Source: Bdellovibrionota bacterium
GTDB lineage: Bacteria; Bdellovibrionota_C; UBA2361; CALJRW01
DNA length: 64,000 nucleotides
Direction: 5' to 3'
NCBI GenBank assembly: GCA_041740355.1
Contig: JBGSMD010000026.1
Span: 1-64,000, forward strand
Shown one piece after another: positions 50,372 through 62,200 of this stretch; within the stretch, counting starts at the first letter, position 1, and every line of letters starts with the position of its first letter. The notes beneath the pieces were generated by a model. That model searched no databases. It was not told where the DNA came from and saw only the letters and a program-made list of their open reading frames with translations. Both the position numbers and the translations under genes were made by a program.

Positions 50372-51494
50372 TACCTAACAAACTTTCTTTAAAAACTGTT
50401 TCTTTTCTCTTAATAATCCGATGCCAACCATAGTTTTCTTTTACACTTTTGGCGATAGTTGCCTTTTCTGCGGGCAAATCCTTCGCTAACCACTTAGTAA
50501 TTCCTGCGATAAAAGCATCGGAGTCTTTTGACGTTACAAGACTACCCGTAACTTCAGGAATAATTGAATCAGGGATACCATCAAGGTCCGCCGCAATAAC
50601 TGGCAATCCTGCAAGTCCCGCTTCAATATTTACAATACCAAAGCCTTCGCGATCACTATTACAAGAAATATTTGGCATGATTGATAAATCAGCAATGGAA
50701 AGCAGGTTGTTTAAATCTTTCGATGTTATTTTACCTAACCAAATAACTCGATTCTCTAATTTATATTTCCTAATTAAATCTTGCAACTCCTTGGCAAAGC
50801 TGACTTTTTTTATTCCAATTAAACTTCGGAAACCATTAATGTCAGAGCCATCAGGCCCAACAATGATATAAAGATGTTTCGGATCTAAATATGGCATAAC
50901 ATTTTCAACAAACCAAAGCTGCCCCTTACGGAGAGAGAGGCGACCTACTGTTATTAATATCTTACGATCTCTAAGTTCTAATTTGAACTTGGCAGTAAAG
51001 TTTCTTCGTACACACTCTAAATCGATAGTTTGAATAAACTTATCTGGGTTAATTCCGCAGGGTATGACTGTAATTTTTTTAGGGTCAACTCCAATAGCTA
51101 AAGCATCCTGAAAAGTTGATTGACTAATTGCAATGATCGAGTCGATCTTTCTAATCCAAGGAACTATCAACTTTTGGTAAAAAAACTTTTTGAAAACAAG
51201 ATCCTTGCCATGAACAGTCATCACTGTTTTTCTACCAAAAAGTTTTTTTAACAACCAACCTAATGGCGCTAAAACACCATCTCCAATATAAATCAGATCA
51301 ATCTTAGGATCTTTTATCAAATGAAAAGAAGCTTGAATGAAAAATTTAATAACAATAAACGGAAGCCATTTTTGAGAATATCCATAACTAAGAACTACTT
51401 TTTCGCCTTGAAAGTTTGTAATTAAATCATACAAATAATTTTCCATACCACCAGTTGCTGGAGGAAATTTCCTGGTGATAAAAATAATTTTCAT
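50364..51494 (-). CDS. GT4 glycosyltransferase
   Basis: FPPATGGME, GRL..RKG, EGFGIVNIEA. Confidence 0.92.
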   Translation of the reverse strand: MKIIFITRKFPPATGGMENYLYDLITNFQGEKVVLSYGYSQKWLPFIVIKFFIQASFHLIKDPKIDLIYIGDGVLAPLGWLLKKLFGRKTVMTVHGKDLVFKKFFYQKLIVPWIRKIDSIIAISQSTFQDALAIGVDPKKITVIPCGINPDKFIQTIDLECVRRNFTAKFKLELRDRKILITVGRLSLRKGQLWFVENVMPYLDPKHLYIIVGPDGSDINGFRSLIGIKKVSFAKELQDLIRKYKLENRVIWLGKITSKDLNNLLSIADLSIMPNISCNSDREGFGIVNIEAGLAGLPVIAADLDGIPDSIIPEVTGSLVTSKDSDAFIAGITKWLAKDLPAEKATIAKSVKENYGWHRIIKRKETVFKESLLGNG

Positions 51495-52468
51495 ACTAGC
51501 TTATTATTGGAGGAAAACTGCTCTAACTCTAAGCGACGAATTTTGGTTAAGGAACGATTAATCATAATTCGATTAATCGCTAACAAGTCACCCAAAACTC
51601 CAATTAAGACCATTAAGAAGCCTAAGATTAGGCAAACACCACTAGCAATAATCGACTGTAAGTGCCCGTCAGATCCACCTTCAATAAATAAGAAGAAAAA
51701 CATATATCGCAAAAGAAGTAACAATCCAGGAATAAAGAAAATTAAACTTACGGCAAGAAAAGTTTTAAAAGGTTGATAGGCGGTGGAGAGTCTAAGTAAT
51801 GTAGCGCCAGAAAGACGCACTTTACTAAAAAGACTGGCAATCAACCTTGATTCTCTAGTTTTCGAATTAGCTGTAATTGGGTGCCATTCAATAACCAAAC
51901 CATGCTGCAAAGCTTGAACCAATGTATCTACAGTATAGGTATAATTTGTAACAATATTAATCTGTAGCAATGCCTCTCGAGAGTATGCTCGAAATCCAGA
52001 TACAGCATCATGAATTTCACAATTTGTAACTAACTGTACCATTTTGTTACCAAACCACTGTAAGAATTTTTTAATTGCCGAAAATTCTTCAATTTTCTCA
52101 GGTGATCGATCTCCAATTACAATATCGGCTTTCCCTGCTAAAATAGGTTTAACTAAACATTCAATCTGATCGGAGGGGTATTGATTATCACCATCTGTAT
52201 TTACAACTAGATCAGCTCCATTTTTTAGGGCATTTTCAATTCCTTGTCGAAAGGCTCGACCTAGCCAACGTCGATTTTTACCTTTAATAATTACAATATG
52301 GTGAACACCTAAGGCCTTAGCGACCTCTACTGTTCGATCAGTCGAACCATCATCAATAATTTGGTATTCAATACAATCAATTCCTGGTATCTCGCGAGGC
52401 ATTTTTTCAAAAACCGTGGGCAAGGTAGTTTCTTCATTATAGCAAGGAATTTGAATTATTAATTTCAT
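51491..52468 (-). CDS. GT2 glycosyltransferase with C-terminal TMs
   Basis: IQIPCYNEE, DDGSTD, NTDGDNQY, SGFRAYSR. Confidence 0.92.
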   Translation of the reverse strand: MKLIIQIPCYNEETTLPTVFEKMPREIPGIDCIEYQIIDDGSTDRTVEVAKALGVHHIVIIKGKNRRWLGRAFRQGIENALKNGADLVVNTDGDNQYPSDQIECLVKPILAGKADIVIGDRSPEKIEEFSAIKKFLQWFGNKMVQLVTNCEIHDAVSGFRAYSREALLQINIVTNYTYTVDTLVQALQHGLVIEWHPITANSKTRESRLIASLFSKVRLSGATLLRLSTAYQPFKTFLAVSLIFFIPGLLLLLRYMFFFLFIEGGSDGHLQSIIASGVCLILGFLMVLIGVLGDLLAINRIMINRSLTKIRRLELEQFSSNNKLV

Positions 52469-52631
52469 AAAAATTATATAGTCGATAATAAAAATTTATG
52501 CTTAGGTAAGCTACCTTGGAAATTAGTTAACTAATTTGCCTACTGGCCAATCCTTTCTGTAATTTGACATCTAGATACTAAAAATAAAACAATAGCTTAT
52601 TTTAAGAGCAGAATCTATTCCGCAATAAGCC

Positions 52632-53738
52632 CTATTGTAATGCATAAATTAGTTGTTTTACATATCGTTCCCAAGTTAATTCAGCTTTTAATTTAATAAT
52701 ACCTGGAGTCATATTATCCAAACTATAGAAACGGACTATTGCATTTGCTAAACTCTCCGGGCTTTCGGATTTAAAAATACATCCTGTTTTGCCCTCTGTA
52801 ATTAAATCAGTGAATGATTTTAAGTGAGATACAATTACAGGCTTATTATGAGCTAAGGCTAAAGTTAGACTTCCTGATTGAGTAACAGATCTAAATGGAA
52901 AGACAACCACATCGGAACGAGAAAAGAATCCAGATACTTCTTCATTAGGAATATAGTAATTACAAAGCTCAACACAATCCTTAAGTTGCAAACTATCAAT
53001 TAAAAGTTCAATACTATTATCATCTTTTCCGGAATAAAAATTTTCTCCGGCAATGATTAATTTTATTTGGGGAATCTCCCTTTTTACAATTGTTAATGCT
53101 TCTAATAAAATATCAACACCTTTGTAATGCCTGATGATCCCAAAAAAGAGCATACAAAATCTTTTTGTTTTAATTTCTGGTGTAAGCTCTTCTACAAAAA
53201 AATCGTGAAGCGGCAAAAATAATTTAACTACTTTACTATTTGATACAAAAGTTAGCATTTTTCTCTCTTCTGAGCTGCTATGAATAATAATTTTGTCTGC
53301 TAAATGAAAAACAAGCTTGCTCAGTGTTTTGGCTAGAGAAAACCGTTCGTGCGGAATTACATTATGACATAGCAATACTATTTTAGCCTTCCGAAACAAC
53401 TTAAGCAGCCTTATAATCACAATATAATGCGGAGCATGAACAGGATGGGCCCAATTTAAAATAACAAGTTCAGTATCTTTAGGTACGGCTCTAATAAACT
53501 TATAAATTGAAAACGGATTACAATAACTTAAAATAGGCTTAGCTTTAGATTCCGTAATTTTGTCCTTACTAACTTCATCTTTAAAATTACGCTTCAGCAA
53601 GAATGCTGGATACATTTTTAACCAAGTAATAAAAGCAACTTGGTGTTCCGGCTCTAAAGCTGTAACAAGAGTTGAAAAGAATTGAGCGATTCCACCTTTA
53701 AAAGTATTGCCACAAGGGCCTAGACAAACAATTTTCAA
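52632..53738 (-). CDS. GT4 glycosyltransferase
   Basis: GGIAQF, FFGIIRHYKG, TQSG. Confidence 0.9.
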   Translation of the reverse strand: MKIVCLGPCGNTFKGGIAQFFSTLVTALEPEHQVAFITWLKMYPAFLLKRNFKDEVSKDKITESKAKPILSYCNPFSIYKFIRAVPKDTELVILNWAHPVHAPHYIVIIRLLKLFRKAKIVLLCHNVIPHERFSLAKTLSKLVFHLADKIIIHSSSEERKMLTFVSNSKVVKLFLPLHDFFVEELTPEIKTKRFCMLFFGIIRHYKGVDILLEALTIVKREIPQIKLIIAGENFYSGKDDNSIELLIDSLQLKDCVELCNYYIPNEEVSGFFSRSDVVVFPFRSVTQSGSLTLALAHNKPVIVSHLKSFTDLITEGKTGCIFKSESPESLANAIVRFYSLDNMTPGIIKLKAELTWERYVKQLIYALQ

Positions 53739-56350
53739 TTTCTTGGCATCTTAAATTCTAATTGTCTAATTTGTTCTTCGGCACGCTCTAGAGCTTGTTT
53801 TTTTAAATCTAACTGATCGTAAAGATTATGAATCTTATTAATTGCACCCAAGTATTCACCATGAAAATTCCAAGCACTCTGGAGCACAAAATGTAAGCGA
53901 ATTCTTTCAAAAACTGGTAAGTTATCTAATTCTTTAGCTGTTAGTAAAATATCAGGATAACTATGATTGGTCTGGGTAACACTACCAGGTCGCATTCGAT
54001 AAGCGGAAATTGTAAGTGGAAAAACTGCTATTTTAAAATTAGCACAAATCATCTTTGCATAGACTCGAAAATCGTCTCCTGACTCCATTTGATTTCCTGT
54101 CCATCCACCCAATTCTCGAACAACTTTTGTATTTACAACTCCCATAGCTTGCCCTAATTTATTGAGTCTTAGGTTAGCCGCAATTCCATCACCATAAGCC
54201 CTAAGCGAGTTAATAACATTTTCAGATTCAATCAATTTATCCACTGAAATAATATCACTAAAACCAATTGCCACAGCGCTCTCTGGATCAGCTTCAATAG
54301 CCTGATAAAGATTTAGAAAAAAGTTAGGGTATGGTATGTCATCAGAATCAATATTAGCTAAATACTTAGTGTCACAAACTTTTAGTGCTGTATTTCTAGC
54401 ACCCGCACAGCCTAAATTCTTTGAATTAAGAAGCAATTGATAAGGAATTTCTAATTCTTCCAAGCAAAGTGCTTCTAGCTTTTGGAAATAATCTCCCCTC
54501 GAACAATCATCAACAATAATAATTTTTGAAGGCTTAAAAACTGCCAATTTTAAACTATCAAATAATTGTCTTACATACTTTAAATTAGTCTCATAGACAG
54601 GAATCATCAAAGTTAAATCCTTAGATTCAAACTCAATCTTGGGTAATGTTTTTGTTGGTAAAGTCTTGGAGATATTTTTCCAAGCCTGATTAATCTCATT
54701 ATAAAATTCAAGGTAAGCCTGCTTGATCTTAAAAACTTTCTCTACAAGATTATCTGGGGTCATGTTTATTAAGTTTTCAGCTTGCTTAAAAAGCGCTGCA
54801 TTATCACAAGCACAAGCAAAATCATCTTGAAACTCGGAAAGAAGTACTTCTTTAATTCCACCACGAAGATAGCAAATAAAAGGAATCTCAGCTGATACGG
54901 CCTCTATAATGACATTTCCAAAGTTCTCTTGAGGGTTTGGAAAAAGAACTAACGACTCCGGAGCTAAAAACGCCAATAAGTTTTTAGCATCTCGAGAGCT
55001 AAGATTATATTCAACAACAGAAACTATTGCTTTAAGTTGAGCCAACTGCTCTAAACAAATATCTGATTGAGGACCAATAAAAACAACTTCTTGAATAACA
55101 GGATATTTTTCTACCAAACGCTTGGCAACGGCTAAGAAGTCAGGATAGCCTTTCATGGCAACACGCTTGCCGAAAAAAACTAAGCGTCGAATTTGACGCC
55201 GTGGCTCATTCACAGATGGTGTTAAAACAAAAGGATGCCGCAAAACTTTTACTTTAGATGCTTCCAACTTAAAACCATTAGCAATAGTTAAGTCGACAAT
55301 AAACTGTGTTGGGGCAATTACGTAATCTGCTAATTCTGTGGAAATCTTTTCTTGGGCGATCTCTAACTCATCTACAAAGAAGGAACAGACTCCAGAAGCA
55401 TTTTCTACATATTGGTGATTGCCATTTAAGGAAACAATCGTATTAATTCTTTCTGGTAAATCCCGGCTTTTAGCTGCTTGGGCAATACGAAAACCTATCC
55501 CAGAATAATCATGATAATGAATAAATCGTAAATTACTAAAAAAAGCTGCTAATACTCGAATTATTAATAATGCTAAATCAGGCTCAGTAATATTTTCTAG
55601 TTCGTTTTGGTCATAAAATAATTCCGGCGTAATGATTCTTAAACTTGCCGCCAGTTCTGTATTCCTTAGGTAAACAATAGCAACTTCGTCGGGATTCATT
55701 TGATAGCGATTATGAACAAATGTCCCAATCCCCCCTGTGGGATGGGCTGGGGCATATTCTTTTGTCACAAAAACAGTATTGATTTTTGAAGGTTGAAAAT
55801 CGAAACCAAAAATTTGATTAGTGACCTCCTCTTCGTAGGCTAAATCATAAGTAACAAGTAGTCCCTCAAATAATTCTTCCGTTTTGAGGCCTAGAAATTT
55901 AAAAAAAACTTTCGCTTGTTCCTGATCCCAATGACGATAAACAGTTTTTGGAGCAACTTCCGTATTAAATAAATAAATTATTTGTGAGGTTGGTGATTTA
56001 CTTAAAAATTCTTTTAGAGCGCTTGCTAAAATAAGTGGATTAGAAGCTGATTCTAAAGCTAAATTTAGTAAAAAAAGATTACTTTCTTGAGGATTTAACT
56101 CAGAAAAAAATTGCTCGATAGATGGGTAGGAGTCAAAATATAATCGATTAGAGCTATTTAAAAGATCAGAATGGAGTTGACTATCATTACATTCAAAACT
56201 TCCAATTAGATAAATCTGTTTGGTGTTTAAATCGGATATCGTTGATTTTTGATAATTATATTTTGGACGTTCCGCCAAAATTGGAAGGAGATTATTAGTT
56301 TGGGGAGTGGCACAATAATTTTGGATTTCACAAATTGAACCTAATTGCAT
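53735..56350 (-). CDS. GT4-GT2 multidomain glycosyltransferase
   Basis: TGGIGT, FFGK..MKG, ENFGNVIIEA; then IPVY, VDDCS, GARN, IDSDD. Confidence 0.85.
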   Translation of the reverse strand: MQLGSICEIQNYCATPQTNNLLPILAERPKYNYQKSTISDLNTKQIYLIGSFECNDSQLHSDLLNSSNRLYFDSYPSIEQFFSELNPQESNLFLLNLALESASNPLILASALKEFLSKSPTSQIIYLFNTEVAPKTVYRHWDQEQAKVFFKFLGLKTEELFEGLLVTYDLAYEEEVTNQIFGFDFQPSKINTVFVTKEYAPAHPTGGIGTFVHNRYQMNPDEVAIVYLRNTELAASLRIITPELFYDQNELENITEPDLALLIIRVLAAFFSNLRFIHYHDYSGIGFRIAQAAKSRDLPERINTIVSLNGNHQYVENASGVCSFFVDELEIAQEKISTELADYVIAPTQFIVDLTIANGFKLEASKVKVLRHPFVLTPSVNEPRRQIRRLVFFGKRVAMKGYPDFLAVAKRLVEKYPVIQEVVFIGPQSDICLEQLAQLKAIVSVVEYNLSSRDAKNLLAFLAPESLVLFPNPQENFGNVIIEAVSAEIPFICYLRGGIKEVLLSEFQDDFACACDNAALFKQAENLINMTPDNLVEKVFKIKQAYLEFYNEINQAWKNISKTLPTKTLPKIEFESKDLTLMIPVYETNLKYVRQLFDSLKLAVFKPSKIIIVDDCSRGDYFQKLEALCLEELEIPYQLLLNSKNLGCAGARNTALKVCDTKYLANIDSDDIPYPNFFLNLYQAIEADPESAVAIGFSDIISVDKLIESENVINSLRAYGDGIAANLRLNKLGQAMGVVNTKVVRELGGWTGNQMESGDDFRVYAKMICANFKIAVFPLTISAYRMRPGSVTQTNHSYPDILLTAKELDNLPVFERIRLHFVLQSAWNFHGEYLGAINKIHNLYDQLDLKKQALERAEEQIRQLEFKMPRN

Positions 56351-57048
56351 AAAGATAAGATATCCTAAATTTTTAAATAGCCAAACGATTGTTAATTAGG
56401 CTTTATTTTTTATAAAAGCCTAACTAGATTAGTTTGTTCAAGAAAAGACGTCAATTAATATGACGCCTGCAATCTAGTCCTTCTCCAAATTCAATAAGAC
56501 AGCAGCTTCCTGAATGGTTAAGTCAATTCAAACCTAATTCCAAGGCCTGCTATTAAGTATGTGCTAAACATTCGGCCACTATATAAAAAGTAGATCAGAT
56601 AGAAGTATATATTTTGCAGGATAATAATTTCTGCGCTAAATACAAATTCAATTAAAGGAGAATTTTATGTAATACGCAATATTTCAACTTATAAAAGCTG
56701 ATTCCGATAGCTAAATTTTGCTTAGAAAATATTCTTTCGTTGGCAAAAGCTAATTCTAATAACTCTACAGTAAATATGAAATATAATATAAATTAGAATT
56801 TTTATTAAACAGATGAAATCGGTTTGTTAAACGATTGTTTATTTTTAAATCCCCAATCTGAAACAAATAAGATATGGTAAACCCAAAAATGGATTTCCGA
56901 AAAATAAATTAACTAAGACTTTAGTTGGCTCTTATATTTTTTACCCACAAGTAATTTTAGGATCTAAGTTTATTGCAAAAGAAGCGCCTCCCATAATACT
57001 ATCTAGTGATTAGTATCTTTGAAATGACTCTTTATCACTCATTACGAA

Positions 57049-57807
57049 TTAAGTATCCGTCACTAATTCTTGTTTTCTTAGAATTAAAATAATAGTAGGT
57101 AGGAAAGGAGCCATCATTCTCCATAATCCAAATGGAATTTTCTCAAAGATAAAATGAAGTCCTGGCATCATATCTAAAGAATATTTCTTAGGTTGGTGCA
57201 TAATATGTGGGGAAAGTTCTACAACATCAAAACGTTTTTCTGCAAGATTAATAATCATACTTGATGTCAGAGGTTGAATATCCCAAGTTTTATTCCGAAC
57301 TAATCTCAAATATTTTGCAGAAAATTTTCTACTAAACCAAGATAAAAATAATATTCGATAGTGTGGCTCCATAAACGTAAATTTTGATGGAGTAGCTAAA
57401 TAAAATATTCCTCCCGGTTTTAATACTCGATAAATCTCATCTAAGTGCTCCTTTTGATCTTCAACATGTTCAATAACATGATTAGAAATAACAATATCAA
57501 ATTCTTGCTCTCGATATGGAATCTTAGTGCCCGTCATTTGTATAAATTCATACCCAATTTTCTCCACTCTCAAATCATGCGGATCTATACTACAAACCTT
57601 GCTGCCATAATTACTAAAGGCTTTGGCAATATGTCCTGATCCCGTGCCTATATCTAACAATTTAGCTGATTTAATCTTTGTAAAATGAGTTAAAATTGAA
57701 AATATTTTTTGAGCTTTTTTGTAGCGAGTATCCGCCGAGAGAATTGCATGTGTGATCTCTGAACGCTCATTGGTTATTCTATAATCAGTATTTTCGGTTG
57801 GCATCAA
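57049..57807 (-). CDS. Class I SAM-dependent methyltransferase
   Basis: LLDIGTGSG, FDIVISNHVIEHV, RVLKPGG. Confidence 0.92.
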   Translation of the reverse strand: MMPTENTDYRITNERSEITHAILSADTRYKKAQKIFSILTHFTKIKSAKLLDIGTGSGHIAKAFSNYGSKVCSIDPHDLRVEKIGYEFIQMTGTKIPYREQEFDIVISNHVIEHVEDQKEHLDEIYRVLKPGGIFYLATPSKFTFMEPHYRILFLSWFSRKFSAKYLRLVRNKTWDIQPLTSSMIINLAEKRFDVVELSPHIMHQPKKYSLDMMPGLHFIFEKIPFGLWRMMAPFLPTIILILRKQELVTDT

Positions 57808-58226
57808 AAGTATCTAAAGTTTTAATTTATTGGATATTAATATGATTTAAAGTAGGACAAGTAGGGAATCAATTTGAACACTAATAAAGATCCCCCACTG
57901 AGCAATATAGCAAGTCGTTATCGAGTTTCCTAAATTCAAAAAACATATAATTAATTATTTTTTCGAACTCTACTATCAAAAAATACTCTGGTACTGATCA
58001 TAGACATATAAAATTTCTAATCAACACTTACCAAAAGCCTTCTTTAAAGATGCCTAGAAAATACTAGTTGCATTTCATTTTTATCAAAATTTAAATGTGG
58101 TGAGTCTCTGTATAAACCAAATTAGTCCAGTCTTTCCAAGTAAAGCCGGCATATTAAAAAACTAGAATTAATGAGTATCATGTGAATTTCATAGAAGAAA
58201 TTATAGACGTATCTCTTTAATTTGGT

Positions 58227-60182
58227 ATGGTAAGGCCTATGCCAATACTTTTATTGTACCTGCTTGTAACAGTTATCATATTTTTTACTCATCTTGCCGG
58301 TTATAACACTTTTTTCGCATCTGGCGATGCCGCAGTTCAATCCTATGCTTGGTTTGCAAAAATTGAACGAGCCTTACTAAATTTCGATTTTCCACTTTGG
58401 GATTTCGGAACCGATTCTGGCACTTCTTTTATTGGAGAGCTACAATCAGGGGCTTTCTACCCTCCTGTTTGGGTAATTTCGTTTTTACCTCCTTACGGAA
58501 ACTATACTAAGTTTGAATTGTTTATCGCGCTACATTTTACTTGGGGTGCCTTTGGAGCTTACACTTTATTTCGCGAATTTGGACTATCAAGAATTTCGGC
58601 ATTCTTTGGTGGGCTACTGTTTGGATTTGTTGGGCCTGCTGCTGCTCGTGCTTTTGGACAACCCAATCTTCATGCTGGTGTAGTTCAAATTCCATGGATG
58701 ATTTATTTTGCTCTTCGTGGCGCAAAGTCCACTTCTACAAAAGTAATTCTAAGTAATTTTGCCTGTTGTGCTGGAATGGGAGCACTTGCAATCCTTGCAG
58801 GTCACATGCATGCCTTTATTCATGGACTACTAGCCTCGGCCTTAATTATTCCTTTTGCAAGTAGGCACTCTTGGAAAAAACTAATCTACTTTAGTCCTGT
58901 TTTTCCATTTGCTTTAGGCCTCGCTGCAGTTCAGTTTTTACCTACGTACGAGTATTTTAAATTAGCCTACAAATGGTTTGGAGCTGGATTCACAAAATAC
59001 CCTCACCTTGTGCCTTTTGCCGAGTTTGAACGCTTTGCACTTAAATCAACCTGCTCGCTTAGGCTAGGCATTTCAGATTGCCAAAGCCCTGAAGGAGCCA
59101 GCTTATTCTTTACATATTCTGGTTATGCTCTAGCAATATTAGGTATCGTTTACATATCTCGATATCGCAAAGACCTAACTAACTATTATTTCTTAGCACT
59201 ATTGGTTGTAGCTTTAGTCATAGCAACAGGTGGTAATAATTTTTGGGGTCAACTAATTTACAACACTCCAATTCTTAATCTTGTCAGGATTCCATCAAGG
59301 GCAATGCACCTCTATAGCTTAGCGACCGCTGGGCTTGTAGCTCTAGGAATACAATTATTACTTAATAATTATCAGTCCCGGCTACTGAAATCGAGCTTAA
59401 GACTTGTTGCATTAGTAATAATAGTATCTTTAACTTTTGAAATGCATACATACACAAAGAGGTATCATCGATCTGCCTCGAATCTGAATGCTGGTCCAGT
59501 ATATTACAAACTAAATCCAATTTCCGAGTTCTTAATTGATCAACAGATAGCAGATCAAGGACTATATCGTTTTGCGAATTTACCAAACTCAGTGATTCCA
59601 GCTAACATAGGAAATGTTTATGATATAAAAAATATTACCTCTCATAAATCAAGTAAATACGGCAACTATTATGATTATTTGTCTAAGGATTGGAACTATC
59701 AATCGAAACGATTTAATGAGCTTGGCTTAAAATATATTGTTTCAAATAAGGAAATACCAAACCTAAGAAAGGTTAAAGAATATCAGGGTATTATGATTTA
59801 TGAGAAGCCAGAACCTTTACCAATCTTTTATTATAAAAAAAATAAGAAGTTCTTTCCAATTCCTTTAGATTCAAAAATAACTTGGAATGAAAATAGTGTT
59901 ACAGTTACCTTTCCACATGCCTTTAAAGCTCCACTCGGTGGTCGGTTTATTTTTGCTCAAGCAAACTATCCAGGCTGGCAAGTCTTAGTAAATCAAAAAC
60001 CTAGAAACATTCTTAAAAATCCTTCACTATTAACGATTAATAATAAATCAAAAATTAACCAAATAACTTATCGCTATCAACCGAAGAGTGTTGTTTATGG
60101 TTTCCTGATAACGTTTATGTGTTTAATAATTTTTTTATTTTTAATAAGAAACAAAAAAAACGAAACTACAAATGACTATTGA
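58227..60182 (+). CDS. YfhO-like GT-C membrane glycosyltransferase
   Basis: PLWD...G..F......FYPP, LAAVQFLPT, RIPSR, NYPGWQVLVN, YRYQP. Confidence 0.8.
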   Translation: MVRPMPILLLYLLVTVIIFFTHLAGYNTFFASGDAAVQSYAWFAKIERALLNFDFPLWDFGTDSGTSFIGELQSGAFYPPVWVISFLPPYGNYTKFELFIALHFTWGAFGAYTLFREFGLSRISAFFGGLLFGFVGPAAARAFGQPNLHAGVVQIPWMIYFALRGAKSTSTKVILSNFACCAGMGALAILAGHMHAFIHGLLASALIIPFASRHSWKKLIYFSPVFPFALGLAAVQFLPTYEYFKLAYKWFGAGFTKYPHLVPFAEFERFALKSTCSLRLGISDCQSPEGASLFFTYSGYALAILGIVYISRYRKDLTNYYFLALLVVALVIATGGNNFWGQLIYNTPILNLVRIPSRAMHLYSLATAGLVALGIQLLLNNYQSRLLKSSLRLVALVIIVSLTFEMHTYTKRYHRSASNLNAGPVYYKLNPISEFLIDQQIADQGLYRFANLPNSVIPANIGNVYDIKNITSHKSSKYGNYYDYLSKDWNYQSKRFNELGLKYIVSNKEIPNLRKVKEYQGIMIYEKPEPLPIFYYKKNKKFFPIPLDSKITWNENSVTVTFPHAFKAPLGGRFIFAQANYPGWQVLVNQKPRNILKNPSLLTINNKSKINQITYRYQPKSVVYGFLITFMCLIIFLFLIRNKKNETTNDY

Positions 60183-61830
60183 CCTACCAGCTTCAAATTA
60201 TTTTCGAGGATCAAAACCTAAATCTAAAATAATAGATTTATTACTAATCCTTACAGTTATAGCTATTGCTTGTTTCTTATTTAGAGGCTCGCAAGATCAT
60301 GGTCTTAGCTTTGATGAGGTCTTTCGAAGAAACAATCTAATTCCCTTTTTTAATGCGGAAGCCCAACCATACAATCAAAGTATCTATAATTTCCCCAAGA
60401 CAAAAATCCCTCTAATTTATAAAAATTATATCTCCAGCATGCAATTACTCCCAGAGTTAATTTGGGTAGGATTTGATGATTATCGATATGGTCTCAGGTT
60501 GTCATACTTAATTTATTTTATCTTAGGGGCACTAGTATTATACGCTGGTCTTAGAACGGTGAATCAACCTTTAGCTTTTTGGTCGACACTCTTAGCAATC
60601 ACCAACCCAATGCTTTTTCCGGAATGTCGTTACGGGTTTGCTAATCCAATTCACTTCTTTTTTATTGGATTATTAGTTTACTTAACTCGCAAGTACTTGC
60701 TATCTGATCGTAGACCAAGCTACTTACTATTTTTAATTTCCTTAGTTCTATTCTTGCTACCAAACTTCATTTTCTATTCTTGGTGGATTGTTGCCGCAGT
60801 AATCATTTCCGCGATCGTTCTTTACCCGAGTAGCCTATTTAACTTAATTAAGCAGCCACTAAATATTTTAGCCATTGGTGCCGGGTTCTTGTTCGGTCAC
60901 TTTAACTTTATCCTTTATAATCTTTTCCGAGATTTTCCAAGCATTCGCCCCTTATATAACTTTATTTTTCACCGTGAAAAATACAACGAAAAACCAATTG
61001 ATTACTCTGAAAGTGCTGGGTTTTTGGGCGATCTTACTAATAAGTTTAAAATGTTCCAAGCCCAATTTGAAATCTCAATTACCTTACTAATGATGATCGT
61101 AACCTTGGGCTGCTTATCATACTTTATTATTATTTATTACCTAAAGAAACAAAAAGATATTCATAGAAAATGGATTTACTTTGCACCCCTTGTCTTAGTC
61201 CTTACACTAATTTTCATCCTACTCAGTCCCAATGCGCATCGCAGTGGACATTTCATTTTTCTTTCCCCTACATGGGAAATAGCTCTCGCCATTATTGCTC
61301 TAAAGATTAGCTACCTTTGGCCGAAGTTCAAACTATTTCCTATGTTCAGCTTACTTGCCATTTCATTGATAAATTTTAATGGCGCAAATTCTGCGGTTAT
61401 TAAGGCCAATGAAACATTAGGCGAGGGACACTTTTCGCCTGCATTTTATAATTTAAATCACTACATTAATGATAAAGGAATCAAACATAAACTAGTTCAT
61501 CTGCATTGGGGCTTTTACGCACAGCTCTATTTTTTAAACCGCGGAGAAATCATTTCTAATAGTTTAGTTTTCAACTTAATTAATAATCCTTCAGAGGAAG
61601 ATACATTCCGGACTTTTGATGCCTTCTTTAGTGATCCAATTATTACAAGCTTAGCAGATCCCATCTATTTTCCATTATTTACAGACTGGCATCAATTTAC
61701 AGTAGAAAAATTTAAAAAATACATAGCAAAAAGAGGTTGGACGCTGGAATTAGAAAAAGAGTTTTTGGAACGTAATAAAAAGCCAATTTTTAATTTGTAT
61801 CGCTTAACTCGAGATCCGGAAATGAATTGA
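60172..61830 (+). CDS. GT-C-like (ArnT/PMT-type) membrane protein
   Basis: First loop GLSFDE acidic motif; about 10 TMs; periplasmic C-terminus. Confidence 0.6.
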   Translation: MTIDLPASNYFRGSKPKSKIIDLLLILTVIAIACFLFRGSQDHGLSFDEVFRRNNLIPFFNAEAQPYNQSIYNFPKTKIPLIYKNYISSMQLLPELIWVGFDDYRYGLRLSYLIYFILGALVLYAGLRTVNQPLAFWSTLLAITNPMLFPECRYGFANPIHFFFIGLLVYLTRKYLLSDRRPSYLLFLISLVLFLLPNFIFYSWWIVAAVIISAIVLYPSSLFNLIKQPLNILAIGAGFLFGHFNFILYNLFRDFPSIRPLYNFIFHREKYNEKPIDYSESAGFLGDLTNKFKMFQAQFEISITLLMMIVTLGCLSYFIIIYYLKKQKDIHRKWIYFAPLVLVLTLIFILLSPNAHRSGHFIFLSPTWEIALAIIALKISYLWPKFKLFPMFSLLAISLINFNGANSAVIKANETLGEGHFSPAFYNLNHYINDKGIKHKLVHLHWGFYAQLYFLNRGEIISNSLVFNLINNPSEEDTFRTFDAFFSDPIITSLADPIYFPLFTDWHQFTVEKFKKYIAKRGWTLELEKEFLERNKKPIFNLYRLTRDPEMN

Positions 61831-62121
61831 GAGAATTGGCAATTGAACTTCCCCTAGTCAGAATTTTTAAAGGGATCTATTAGGAAAAACTGTAAATTAC
61901 TGTAATAAAATCTGCTTACCTAGTACTTTAAGCACAAAGTGCTTGATGTAACCCAATCGGGTTAAATACGGGGGAAAACAAATATAGTGAGTCCAAAAAA
62001 TAAATTACTTTAAAAAACTAACGATTTTGCTTGGACTCACTATTTATGTTGTTTTTAGCTATGCAAACTTGGATAAAACCAAGATTTGCATTAGCCGTAA
62101 TGACTCTGTTCAATTTACTAA

Positions 62122-62153
62122 CCAGCCTTCGCTGAAGCTTCGGCTAGGCAGGC
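62122..62153 (+). repeat. REP-like element nested in a larger hairpin
   Basis: CCAGCCTTCGCTGAAGCTTCGGCTAGGCAGGC flanked by AATTTACT/AGTAAATT and GTAATGAC/GTCATTAC. Confidence 0.75.
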
Positions 62154-62200
62154 AGTAAATTATTTCTTGTCATTACTATATACTAAAACCTAATATGTAT

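Noticed and set aside
56351-57048. 700-bp AT-rich gap, possible decayed gene or ncRNA
   Set aside because: Only short open stretches; no recognisable motif or stable structure by eye
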